From positions 67,642,001 to 67,706,000 of the forward strand of contig OX597820.1 of assembly GCA_951406725.2 (NCBI GenBank): DNA of 64,000 nucleotides, given 5' to 3'. The DNA is from Octopus vulgaris. Lineage: Eukaryota. The notes beneath the pieces were generated by a model. It did no database searches. It was given only the letters and a program-made list of their open reading frames with translations, and was not told where the DNA came from. Made by a program: the position numbers and the translations under genes. Positions 12,693 through 28,540 of the stretch are shown piece by piece (the first letter of the stretch is position 1; the number at the start of each line of letters is the position of its first letter).

Positions 12693-13119
12693 TCTTTTTA
12701 CTTTTACTTGTTTCACTCATTGGACTACGACCATGTTTGGACACCGCCATCAAGGGTTTTAAGCAAACAAATCGAGGCCAGAACTTACGCTTTTTCTCAA
12801 AGTCTGTTACTTATTATATAAGTTTCTTTTACTGAATCGCTAAGTTAAGGGAACGAAAACAAACTAACAGCGTTTGTCAAGCGCTTGGGGGAGACAAAAA
12901 CTCAAAGAAACACACACACTTGTTTTTAATCGGGAACACATGCACACACATATATGATAGGCTTCTACACAGTTTCCGTCTACTGTATTCGCTGAGAAGG
13001 CATTGGTCGATCCATGACGATAGTAGAAAACACTTGTCCAAGGTATCACGTGGTGAAACTGAACCCGACACCATGTGATTACAAAGCTAGTTTCTTAGCC
13101 ACACAGCCATGTCTGCGCC
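12693..13119 (-). mobile_element. Family A SINE, older copy
   Basis: Reverse complement of family A from head to tail, with many substitutions. Confidence 0.85.
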
Positions 13120-15965
13120 TCTATGTTTCATGATTCTCTTTAAACGTCCAGCCATCTAACAGTTTTCAAAGTAATCGCGGTATTTCTACGGATAATGCTA
13201 GTTAATCATTAACCTCAATAATTTTTACTCCACATTGCAAACTCCTCTATTTATGCCGAATATACTCGCTACAGACCTGAATTTAAATGTTTGTGTCATT
13301 GAGTAAAATAAAAACAACTATCAAGATAACTTGGTGTTTCACTTTCGGTTTTTGCTTATCGTCGTTCGTGTTTGTCTACACTAATAATCTATTTCTTAAT
13401 TCTCTGAAGACAATAAAATTTATTTTTCTTTTCTTTGAAGAACATTGTTAATGCTTAATCAATGTTCATTTCATTTTCGTTTGATATTAATTACAAGAAG
13501 TAGTATTCATTGTACCCACTAAGATTCAGAAAAGTCGTGTTATGTAATGTAGTTTATTGGTTTAAATTTCTAAATTCATGTAGAATGAGATTTAAATTTA
13601 TTCACCTTCATATAGGAATCGGTAGAATATATACCAGTAATACAGTGTAGTTAAGTTAATTGCCTATGTTATTTCCTTACTATGTCGCTTGCACCAAATA
13701 AAAGCGATCATTCGTTAATGTCTATGAATAAAATCATTATGAAGCTTATTGTAGTCATTATCGTTGTAATTTTAATCATGAAGCTTCACGTTATCGTATG
13801 CGCCACTGTTTCTTTTGTTAGCCTTCTTTGATCATCTGCCTGTTGTCTTTTACTCAGAAAAGAAAGAAGAAAGAAGAAAGAAGTGAATGAATGAATCACA
13901 GGCGTTGCTGTTTTCTGCAGGCAACCGTTCTTAAATTAGCATCCTCATCTATAAGATGAATCAACATCTATGCTAACAAAGCTGCCTCACATGAGTTTGG
14001 GTATTCACGCAAAGAATAGAAGCAGCAAAAAATGCATCAATCCTTGGTTGAATCGCATAAGAAATCTGACATAGCGGAAACACTTCTTTCTGCTACCAAC
14101 AACAGACAGAGTGTTTCGGAAATGGTTTATTAGCTTTTTATTGCTCGATTACACAAAAAGTGTCGTATCACGATTCAGAAAGCACAGTTTACAATTGTAA
14201 CAAAACAAAATATAGAAGACAACGACAAGAAACAATTTCAGAAATCTATTTACAGATAATTGGCTTTGAAAATTCCCGCTTCCTGTCGAACTATTTTGAA
14301 TTAACGTAATGCTGAGAAATTGGTAACTTAAATAGGATAGCTGTTTGTGAAACACACCTACGAACTAATCATTTGTTCAAAGCATTTACACGACTCGATG
14401 GTGGTTTCCTAAATATTTAATGACAAAGATAACCAAGGGCGTAGCATAGAGATAGAGTCAGTTCTTTCAAAGCTAAGAAGTTAAACTAAATAATTTAGAA
14501 TTGCATATTTGGTGCATCTGATCATTTTCATATTGTACTGAAGTTAACCTTACAATTCTCAGAACTTTCACATGATTGACAAAATGAACAACAAAATTAG
14601 AAGTGACTTCAGTATATCAACTGGAGATAAAATAGATAAATAAATAATCAGAACTATAAATGAGGACTTCTCTATCTGAAGCTGATTCTGTTAGTTTTTA
14701 CAGTTCTCAAATGTAAATACAATTGTTTTTTTAACCGCGAATCCACGCCATTACATTGTTGCGTTACGATGCTAGCCACACACCACTCTGATATAATTAT
14801 TTATCTTTACTAGGAAGAAAGGAAAGTGTACATTGGATAATATAGCGGGAGATATACAAAATTATGAAATGATGTTGTCATATAGTATATTTGGGCGTGA
14901 GAGTGTTGTATTGTTGTGAAAAATCTCATCCATTTTAGTTAAAGTGACTTTGCTTTTACTCAGTGACCGAAAGCAAAATAGCTAATTAATCAACTGGAAT
15001 ATTACATATTATTTTAATATTTTCATTATGTATTTATAACATTTTGATTCCTGTATCAGCACTAATATGGGTTTATCGTTAAATTTACAACACAGTAAAT
15101 TTGACTATATATTTACCTGCCTTAAATTAGGAAGACAAAGTTGTCATTGTCGCCTATTTCCTAGGTGACCCTTATCGAGTAGACATACGATCAAGGATAT
15201 TTTACTCATTACCATGTAATCGATTTTTTTCAGGTATAATATACTTAAGGTCTAATCTTTGTGCGGTGTGGTGCTTGTGTGCCTCAATGGCCCTGATAGA
15301 GCTTCCTATCTTGGACAAGTAAAAGAGATCAGACTAATATGGACGCATCTTTCCAGAGGTAGTCTGCGTAGGGCCAAAATGTCTGCGTAGAAAAAGCAAA
15401 ATAGAGGAGAAAATATGTCAATGACGTATGCTCTATGGAATACTATCGACTGCATCATATAGTAATTTTGTATATTTCCCGCTACATTATCCAATGTTCA
15501 CTTTTCTTTAAAGACGTTATGGGGTTATTTCGGGGAAGATTTGACTTGCATGCTATTTTTATTACACTGATCGGATTTGTAGGAGATTCCGCAATGATTT
15601 GTGAAAGAGAAAGTTGACACCAATTGTGTTTCGAAGTCACAAGATTGTAAGAACTGTAACTAGAAAGGCATATATTTTACCACTCAATCGAATCTGCCAA
15701 CTGACAGCTATTAATACAATTGTAGGGGTGTTTGCTTTAAATAAAGTGTAAGTCGGATACTCCATTGCGGGTATTGGATATTAATAACTTTAATATTTAA
15801 GAAAATGATTTCGTTATTGGAGAAAGGATTACGCTCATGAACCTTGTGTTGATCTGAGGTTGGTGGGAGTAAATAATCCCAAGACTAGAAATCTGCCCCG
15901 AAAGGTTGCAACAAGGTAGAGGTGATAGAGAGGGGCAGATTAAGTCATCCACCCTGTAATCGTCA

Positions 15966-16064
15966 CATTGACCATGACAGAGAAAGTTGAGCAGAGAATC
16001 TGCATCAAATGTTGCCAAAAGCTTGGCGATACCTGGTCAGAGGCCTACGCAAAATTTTCGAAAA
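15966..16064 (+). mobile_element. Mariner transposase N-terminal fragment
   Basis: ATG at 15974: MTEKVEQRICIKCCQKLGDTWSEAYAK; homologous to the opposite-strand copy next to it. Confidence 0.8.
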
Positions 16065-16648
16065 GTTTTCATGATTCTCAACACAATGAAGGAGTAACTG
16101 AAAACATGAGTGTCTTTTTGATCAGCTGGAAACAGCTTTGACAAAAACTTGGCTGACACGTGTCCCATACCAAAATCTCCAGTGATAATGGACTGAACTG
16201 CACCGTAACTAAACTGCACATCCTATGATAACTAACAGATGGTGATTCAACGATTTCCCCTCACAGCTGCACGCACATCTGCGATGTTTTTCTCAATTCT
16301 TCTAGTTGTGGGTCTTCCAGAACGTTCGCCAGTATTGGCATTTTTTCGCCTGAACCACTCGTATACTTGTGTGCGTCTCACACACCCCTCTTCATACACT
16401 TTCTGCAACTTTGTGCAGGCCTCTGAGCAGGTATTGTCATGACAACTTTCTCTGTCATGGTCAATGCGTCAATCACACGCTACACATCATCCTTCCATGC
16501 ACTTCTGTAAATCGCGGGAGTGAACTAGAACGTTAAAACTTAGTGCGCATGCACAGCAGAGTTCAAGGTCAATCTTTGCCAAGTGGTTTCATTCTGCTTC
16601 AGCTTCGTTACTATGGCAACTGTTCGGATACTTATTGATCAGACCTCG
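16055..16648 (-). mobile_element. Mariner 5' half (TIR plus decayed DNA-binding domain)
   Basis: TA followed by TIR cgaggtctgatcaataagtatccg. Translates ...RTQVYEWFRR...ERSGRP...VSAKFLSKLF, a decayed WVP-linker region, with stops. Confidence 0.88.
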
Positions 16649-16731
16649 TATATGTGTATTTGTATCTATCTATATAGATAAAATATATAAAATTTGTTCT
16701 ATGGATGTGTATATATATATATATATATATA

Positions 16732-16825
16732 TCACGTGATCACGTGACCGACCAGTCCATCAGATGTAGTTACACATCGCTGGTCACAATGCGTTCGCAT
16801 TGTTTTAGCCTTCGAATGACGCCAC
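16732..16825 (-). mobile_element. SINE tail fragment (same tail as 52461-52700)
   Basis: tgaccgaccag...catcgctggtcacaatgcg...ttttagcctt is shared between the two loci. Confidence 0.75.
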
Positions 16826-17824
16826 ACACATGTATATATGCATATATATAACTTCTGCATTAATCACCGACACAGAAAACTATTCAATAGCAATAATCTA
16901 AAATTGTACTATAGTTGCACATGATGTAGGAAAATTTTAACAAGTAAGGTAACTAAATAATCAGAGGCGAGTTTCAAATGCAGAAATTCAAACACACGCT
17001 CAAATGATTCATACAACACTGAAGCAATTATTTACGAGGCAAAATCAACTTCATCAAACCAAACAAAACCAAACCAAACTTTAAAAATGCGTGCAAACAC
17101 TATTGACATATAGTTGGAGAGATACATTTCACTTTCCTATATTTCCATCAAAGATATAGGAAAGTGAAGTGTAATAAAGCTATCCAATTACATCTGGATT
17201 GTGAAAGAATAAATCACTGCATGAGACAACATGAAATATCCCTAAATGATGCAAACCAAAGATAAATTGGTAAAAGATATCGGGTGATATCCAAATGAAA
17301 ACTGACACAGACCCAAGGATCTCATTAAATCTATGAACTATCTAAATGTTAGTTCAGAGTTCTTCAGTAAGTATCACCGCCTCAGTAAATACTTTTAAAT
17401 ACAATGGAAGCAAATACCTCCATCTAATAAGTTACATTAATACTTAAATATATATCAAGACTATTCGAGCTCTATTTCGTTTGGTTATTTTAACTCCTTA
17501 AGAGATACAACTTACTACTACATTCTAATACATTTTTCCGCCAGTCGTTATTATGATCTTAGTTTGCCAAATATCCTTTGTTGCGCTTTCATAACGTCAA
17601 CTCATTAACTTTTTATCAGATATCATCGCTGAACGTGGATAAGAATTTCTACATAAAATGAAGTACAAAACAGAAAGAAGTTATCCGGGATATGAAACTA
17701 TCAATTTCAAGGATCTGGAAATGTTAACCGAATAAAATAAAATAGTATATCAATATAACTAATGCAGATATGCATGTATATATGTATGTATATCATATAC
17801 ACAATACATATTATGTACTATATA

Positions 17825-17960
17825 ACATACATACATACATACATACATACATACATACATACATACATACATACATACATACATACACGTACGTACGTGT
17901 ATGTATGTATGTATGTATGTATGTATGTATGTATGTATGTATGTATGTATGTATGTATGT
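17825..17960. repeat. Palindromic (ACAT)n-CACGTACGTACGTG-(ATGT)n microsatellite
   Basis: The repeat strand flips at a palindromic centre between 17892 and 17893. Confidence 0.92.
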
Positions 17961-18262
17961 ATGTATGTATATATATATAATTTGAGAACGTTGCCTGGTA
18001 CATGTGTCATGCTGACAATGCAATCATATTGTACAGGTCACCTAGATATTTTGATCTGAGCTGAAGAAATAAAGTACTGTTTGCAATATAAAAGAGCTAT
18101 AGTATATGTATACATACTTACATACATACATACATACATACATAGTACTATATACATATATGTGGTTGTACGTGAGTGTGTGTGTAGAGAGAGAAGAGAG
18201 AAAGGGAGACAAAGATAGATAGAGAGAAAGATAGAGTGTGTGTTTGTGTGTGTGTGTGAAAG

Positions 18263-18294
<32 letters not shown>

Positions 18295-18539
18295 AGAGAG
18301 AGAAAGAGGAAAGTGTTCAGGAAGAATGTATATGAATTATGGAAATTGAAAGCAGATTTCTTCTCACCAAACTCGCCACAGGTAGCAGTGATTTTGGTTA
18401 TGTGCTGTGATGTTGTTGCAGTGATGGCAATAGGAGACTGTACATTCTTTCATCATGTGTGACCAACTATGTTACACCTTCATAAAGTACAGATACACAC
18501 TCCCCGATAATTTCTGGCATAACTATGCTAATAATATTG

Positions 18540-19388
18540 ATTTCTAAAATTGGTTCACTTCAACACTTTCCAGGAAGAGTATAATCGATTAAATCAGCAA
18601 CAGGACCTAACTTTTACATTATTTTAACGGCCTCAGCGGATGGAAGGTAAAGTCGGCGTTGGCGAAGTTTCAAAAGCAGAGCGTAAAGACCCAAAAATAA
18701 ATACCGCAGGGCTGTAAAATTTTGCAAATCCACCATCTTTTATTATGTGCAAGATCTAAATTAATTGTACGAGACTCTAGAGCTTGAAGTTCTACAGTAA
18801 CCAGGTAGTTACAAGTTCAGTCCCACTGTAGAGTATTTTGAGAGAGTGAGCGAGGGTGAATATTTTGTTTTTCATCGACTGGGACGAATGAAAGGCAAAA
18901 CTGATCTCGGTAAGATTTGAATTAAAAAATATATATATTATACCTCATCTAAATACTGCAATGTAGTTTGTACGACACTCTAACGATTATAGCTATCAAT
19001 GATCTCTTCCATAAGTACAAGGTCAGAACGTGACATGGTACCTGATTGTTGATTATTTTATTGGCCATAGAAAAATGATCTGAACTCAGAACGGAAAAGG
19101 CCGTGTCATATTTAATGAACTGAAATTCTGAAGAGCAAACAAGCAAGAAACCCATTAAATTTTTCTATATTAGGATAATTCTTTCTAATTCTGGAACAAG
19201 TTTAGCAACATTTAAAGTAGGGGACAAATTGATTGTATCGACTACAATATTTGACTGATACTTACTTTATCGACCCAGAAAGGATGAAAGGAAATTTAAC
19301 CCCAGTGAGATTTGAACGTAAAGAGCCAGAAAAAAATACCGCTAAGCATTTTATCCAAACTCGCTAGCGATTGTGCCAGCTCGCCGCT
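18540..19388 (-). mobile_element. Cluster of degenerate family B SINE copies (~18540-18740, 18860-18930, 19185-19388)
   Basis: ttttatcgacccagaaaggatgaaagg...tttgaac...ccagctcgcc blocks. Confidence 0.75.
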
Positions 19389-19780
19389 GAAGCCATAAGG
19401 CCCTATGCCAATGTTAAACATTAACATTATAAACGTAATGACTCTTTGGTAATTGCTTGTTATGTATGCTCAAGTCTGTTGACATCAAATATTGGGCGAT
19501 ACGCAAGAAAATAAGCGCAGGGATATTATCAATTGGTATTAAACAAATAAGAAACAATCTCGTGACAAACGCGTGTGATTATTATTGCAAAGAAATAAAT
19601 TGCTCGTATTGACTTGACTGCAACGGTTTTTATGTAATTTTGTTTTTTAGGTCGAATATTATGGTAAAAAAAACGTTACAAACTATTGTTACGAGAAATA
19701 ACAATACAAGTTCATAATAATCGTTACTAGTACAAGCAATAATCCTTATGAATATGTATGAATGCGTATATATATATCTA

Positions 19781-19904
<124 letters not shown>

Positions 19905-20099
19905 CATGTATATATGTATACATATATCTTCCTGAACACTTTCCTCTTTCTCCCTTCCTCTCTTGTCTCTCCCCACACACTTACGCACAACCACATATAT
20001 GTATAGAGTATATATGCATACTTGTATGTATGTATGTATATAATAGTGGTTTTTCTCTAATTTATATATTATATTTGTATATATATATCATTAAACGCA

Positions 20100-20136
<37 letters not shown>

Positions 20137-20520
20137 TTAAATCTACAATTACATACATATAAATATACATGTATATATACACATATATACATACGCACAC
20201 ACTTACATACACACACATATGCACATATATATGTGTGTATGTGTGTCTGTGTGCATGTGTGTTTGTGTATCCATTCTTTGACTGAAAGAGCAAATGGTCG
20301 AGGTTCTTGGGTGCTTAAGATAATCCGCAGGCAGAATCCGTGCTAGACAAGGTGAAACGGGTAGACCATCGAAAGACAAGTACAGTGAATCTGACGGGCT
20401 TCCACCCAACTTCCGTCCAGCTGATCTCACTGGCAGAACTCGGGTCCCGCATGGGAAACCGAACATGTAACTAAGCAAAAGGCCTTTCCGGTTACAAGTA
20501 CACACACACACGCACATACG

Positions 20521-20552
<32 letters not shown>

Positions 20553-20605
20553 CCACACAAACCAGCACACACTCAAACACACATTTACACAGTCATATCT
20601 GTCTG

Positions 20606-20638
<33 letters not shown>

Positions 20639-20838
20639 TTATCGATAACTATAGTTACACACATAATTATGAATATACATATATATATTTATCTATATAT
20701 ACACACACATATGTATATTACATAACAGGCATATAAATGATGCATTGCAATAAACTAATTTCTATTTGTACATTTATATATATATATATATATCAGTTCA
20801 CAGATTTTAACTATCTATCTGTCTGTCTAACTCTCTCA

Positions 20839-20906
<68 letters not shown>

Positions 20907-21072
20907 GTACGACGGGCTTCTTTCAGTTTCCGTCTGCCAAATCCATTCACAAGGCTTTGGTTGGGTCGAAGCTAAAGTAGAAGACACATACCCAAGGTGC
21001 CACGTAATGGGACTGAACCCGAAACCATGTGGTTGCGAAGCAAGCTCCTTACCATACAGCTACGCCTGCGCC
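20907..21072 (-). mobile_element. Family A SINE 5' half
   Basis: Reverse complement of the head and CORE; ends at the internal microsatellite. Confidence 0.88.
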
Positions 21073-24950
<3,878 letters not shown>

Positions 24951-25134
24951 CAATATCGTCACGGAAATAATATTTGACAAAAATCTTCATAGGTAATGTT
25001 TGTCAAATTTCTCCCTCATGAGATTATTACACATAAACATGAAATTTTATAATTCATTATTGGGTCTGAATCGAAACAATTATAATTATGTTTATATGAA
25101 CAATTATATTTATCTTTATATTATATTATATTTT

Positions 25135-25218
<84 letters not shown>

Positions 25219-25238
25219 GTTGTAATAATAATAATAAT

Positions 25239-25797
25239 ATGCCCTGATGCAGTACCAGGCAGTGGCTCTCGTGGCTTCTGATCTTAACTGATTAGAAGTG
25301 TTATCATGTACATTGTTTTGTCTTGGTATAAAAGATGGGCTACAGCAAATATTCTGCTCAATACCACAGATTTGCTTGTCAGTTGTTTGACCTTAACCAG
25401 TTGAGCATGTCCCTTAGTGGCTGACGATATGTGCATCTCTGATCACGAGCAGAAGTAGTGGGGGAGCATCATAGCCATGTGTTGAGAGGGATTCTTTGGG
25501 GTTTGAATAATTCACTTCTGGAAACATGGGTGGTTCTTTCAACATCCTTAAACAACCCTTATTCAGTGACCTTTTGAGCGGGATGGGCTACTCAACCTGA
25601 AGAAAATTCTAACTGGGCCCCACCTGCAAGGTCATCTGCTGTTTATCGTGATATGAGATCACCATGTCGCGCACATATGGTTGTGATGCATGTGCCTGGT
25701 GTACCTTTATCAGACGGGTAGTCATGATGGGTATATTGGGCTTCGTATATTTTACCCCAGTGTCACTTTGATGGCATGCACTGCTCTCTCACTCAAT
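25239..25797 (+). mobile_element. Non-coding ~560-bp element inserted in (TAA)n, probably an R4/Dong-dependent non-autonomous retroelement
   Basis: Flanked on both sides by (TAA)n; a diverged second copy lies on the minus strand at 49560-50054, also in (TTA)n; no credible ORF. Confidence 0.75.
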
Positions 25798-25798
25798 G

Positions 25799-25835
<37 letters not shown>

Positions 25836-26267
25836 TAATAATAATAATAATAATAATAATATTAATAATAATAATAACAATAATAATAGTTGTAATAATA
25901 ATAATAATAATGATAATAATAATAATAATAATAATAAAAAAATAATAATAACAACAATAACAACAACAACAACAACAACAACAACAATAATATTAATAAT
26001 AATAATAATAATAATGATAATAATAATAAGAAGAAGAATAACAACAACAACAACAACAATAATAATAATAATAATAATAATAATGAATGTAATGTTAATG
26101 CATTAGAATATGTCAATCGTAAATCTCCATTTTCTTTTCATTTTTGTATATCGAATTGTGAAAAAGTTTTTCTCTGCCATATTGAATATTAAACCGGCAA
26201 ACCAGTGGAAAAAATTGAATGTGTTCATCCCTATAACGGAGCATGTTTTCCTTCTATTGGACTTTAA

Positions 26268-26379
<112 letters not shown>

Positions 26380-26777
26380 ACATACACACACACACAAACA
26401 CACACACACATATACGTACCAAATGTACCATCCACTCCATCTAAATTCAGGACCAGGTGCTGCAGTGGAATCAAAATTCCTTATACACCAAATTGGCCAA
26501 CAGCTGGGACCAAGGGACATACAGGAGTGGTGACGTGAGGAAATCAGAAAGACCACGAAAAAAAAAAATTAACGGTTATAGTTTGATTAAAATATCAGTG
26601 TCTTTAAAGCAAAACCTCTGAGTGCTTTTCGTTTGCCTGTCAGCGTTTCTGACTGCCACCCTCTCCCACTTCATTTGGTGATTTATTATTCTTTTTCGTT
26701 AGAGTGACCGGCAGGTACACATAGATACACACGCGCGCGCACACATACACACACTCACACACACACAGCATTTTATT

Positions 26778-27020
26778 ATATGTGTTTCTCGGTCAAGAAG
26801 TGACTATGAGGCGAGAGATGCGGAATGAGATCTCGCGAAGAGTAAGCGCAAGATGGAGAGCTTTCAATTCGGTGAGGGATGTGCTGAAAGCGAACTCAGA
26901 CAAGGTAACTCGCGCCAATCTCTTCAACAGCGCAGTCTTGCTTGCTATGCTATATGCATGGTAGACGTGGGCCTTCACGATGAGGGAACAACATTGAAAG
27001 ACATAGACAGACATTGAAAG
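26778..27020 (+). mobile_element. RTE-clade LINE reverse transcriptase C-terminal fragment
   Basis: YVFLGQEV...NEISRRVSARWRAFNSVRDVL...LFNSAVLLAMLYAW*TW matches the RTE YLG...EI.RR...W.AF...LYG.ETW signature. Confidence 0.85.
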
Positions 27021-27254
27021 AAGCCTGTCGTTTATAAAAGCACCCCATCACATATAGCGGTTCACCAAAAACACCGATACAATAAGTACCATGCTTAAAA
27101 AATTATTACTGGGGTCGATTCCTTCAACTAAAATTTCTGAGCTACCACGTAAAGCACTAGTGCACTCTTGTTTTTGTGGCTAAAACATCCTTATCAATAT
27201 ATTCTGTGAATGGGGTTAACAAATAATAGAATAACAGTTTGTAACATACAAAGA

Positions 27255-27984
27255 AAAGGTTGGAAATTTGGTAGGGAGAGTTTAGTTGATTTAAATCGAC
27301 CAGTACTTGATTCGTGCATTATTGTATCGATTTCAGAAAGATGAAATTCAAAGTTGACATCAACCGGATTCGAACTCAGAACGTAACGAGCCAGAACATG
27401 ACATCTGTCCGATGCACCAACGGTTCTACTAATCCACTAGCCTCCACCTCTTCCTTCTTTTCCCCCTCATTATCATCATCATTAAACTATAAACTTCTGT
27501 TTTAGTGGCTTGACAGGATCCGGTGGTCCACAGGGTGGCACGAAGTTCCAGTGTCAGTTTCGGAATGGATACACTTCCAAATGCCAACCACATTACACCG
27601 GCACAGGGAAAAAGGAGAAGGAAAGAAAGCTGCTGTTACCAAGTGGGGGAAACAGTATTTGAGAGGAGGAGGTGGCTTTATGCCAAATGTTAAAGGACTA
27701 AAGTATGATAGAAGGAAAAGTACAGGTGTCTTGCTATAGCAAGACACCTGTACTTTTCCTTCTATCATACTTTAGATACATGGTTTCAAATTTTGGTAAA
27801 GGGCCAGAAATTTTAGGGAGAAGGAGCAAATCGATTGCATCACCGTCAGTGCTCAATTGATACTTATCGGCTTCAAAAGAATAAAAGGCAAAATCGAATG
27901 TGAACTCAGAAAGTTAAGAGCTGGGAGAAACGCGGCTAAGAATTTTTGTCCGATGCAATAACAATTCCGCCAGTTCGCCGCCTC
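27255..27984 (-). mobile_element. Two degenerate family B SINEs (~27255-27450, 27783-27984) around another SINE-like element (~27500-27736)
   Basis: Family B motifs; the middle element shares ttccagtgtcagtttcgg...cttccaaatgccaacc with 30775-30920. Confidence 0.7.
27698..27775. repeat. Perfect 78-bp palindrome with no spacer
   Basis: ctaaagtatgatagaaggaaaagtacaggtgtcttgcta|tagcaagacacctgtacttttccttctatcatactttag. Confidence 0.97.
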
Positions 27985-28320
27985 ATACCTATCTTAAAAT
28001 TAATAACAATATATAGATCTCTCAAATAAACATCATTTTAACGCTAGCTGTCTCGAATTCCTTTTGTCTTCTTCCCTCCTCTATTTGAAGAGACAAACCA
28101 CCGACAGACTGATATTCAAACCCACAGCCAGATTCTTCACTTGACCATTCGTTACTATTTTGTTCTGTAATAAAGGACCAAATGAATGTGAATGCCTATA
28201 TGGAGTAAATTAATCTGCAAGAAATAGGAGCCCAGTCTCTCTCAAAGCACTCCTTACCGTCTTAAAACTATTTAAAAAGAAGAGCACAATGGCCACGGTT
28301 GTAGTAGGAGGTACTCTATA

Positions 28321-28540
28321 CAGAGTGTCCTCTCAAAATTGAAATCATTTGAAATGTGAATATCTGAGTAACTACATGTCCTAGGCAAATGAAATTAATA
28401 GGCTTCATGTTTGATTTATTAATCAAAATTCGAACAAGTGATTCAGTGGGATGTAGGTTTTATAACCGATTTCACAAAGCTTCACAAATGTTCAATATGC
28501 GCATCGTCTGTGCCACGACACACATCGAGTCGTTCGGTTG
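28321..28540 (-). mobile_element. Tc1-like element 3' terminus
   Basis: TA-cagagtgtcc terminus; the minus strand ends a transposase-like ...AHIEHL*. Confidence 0.55.
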
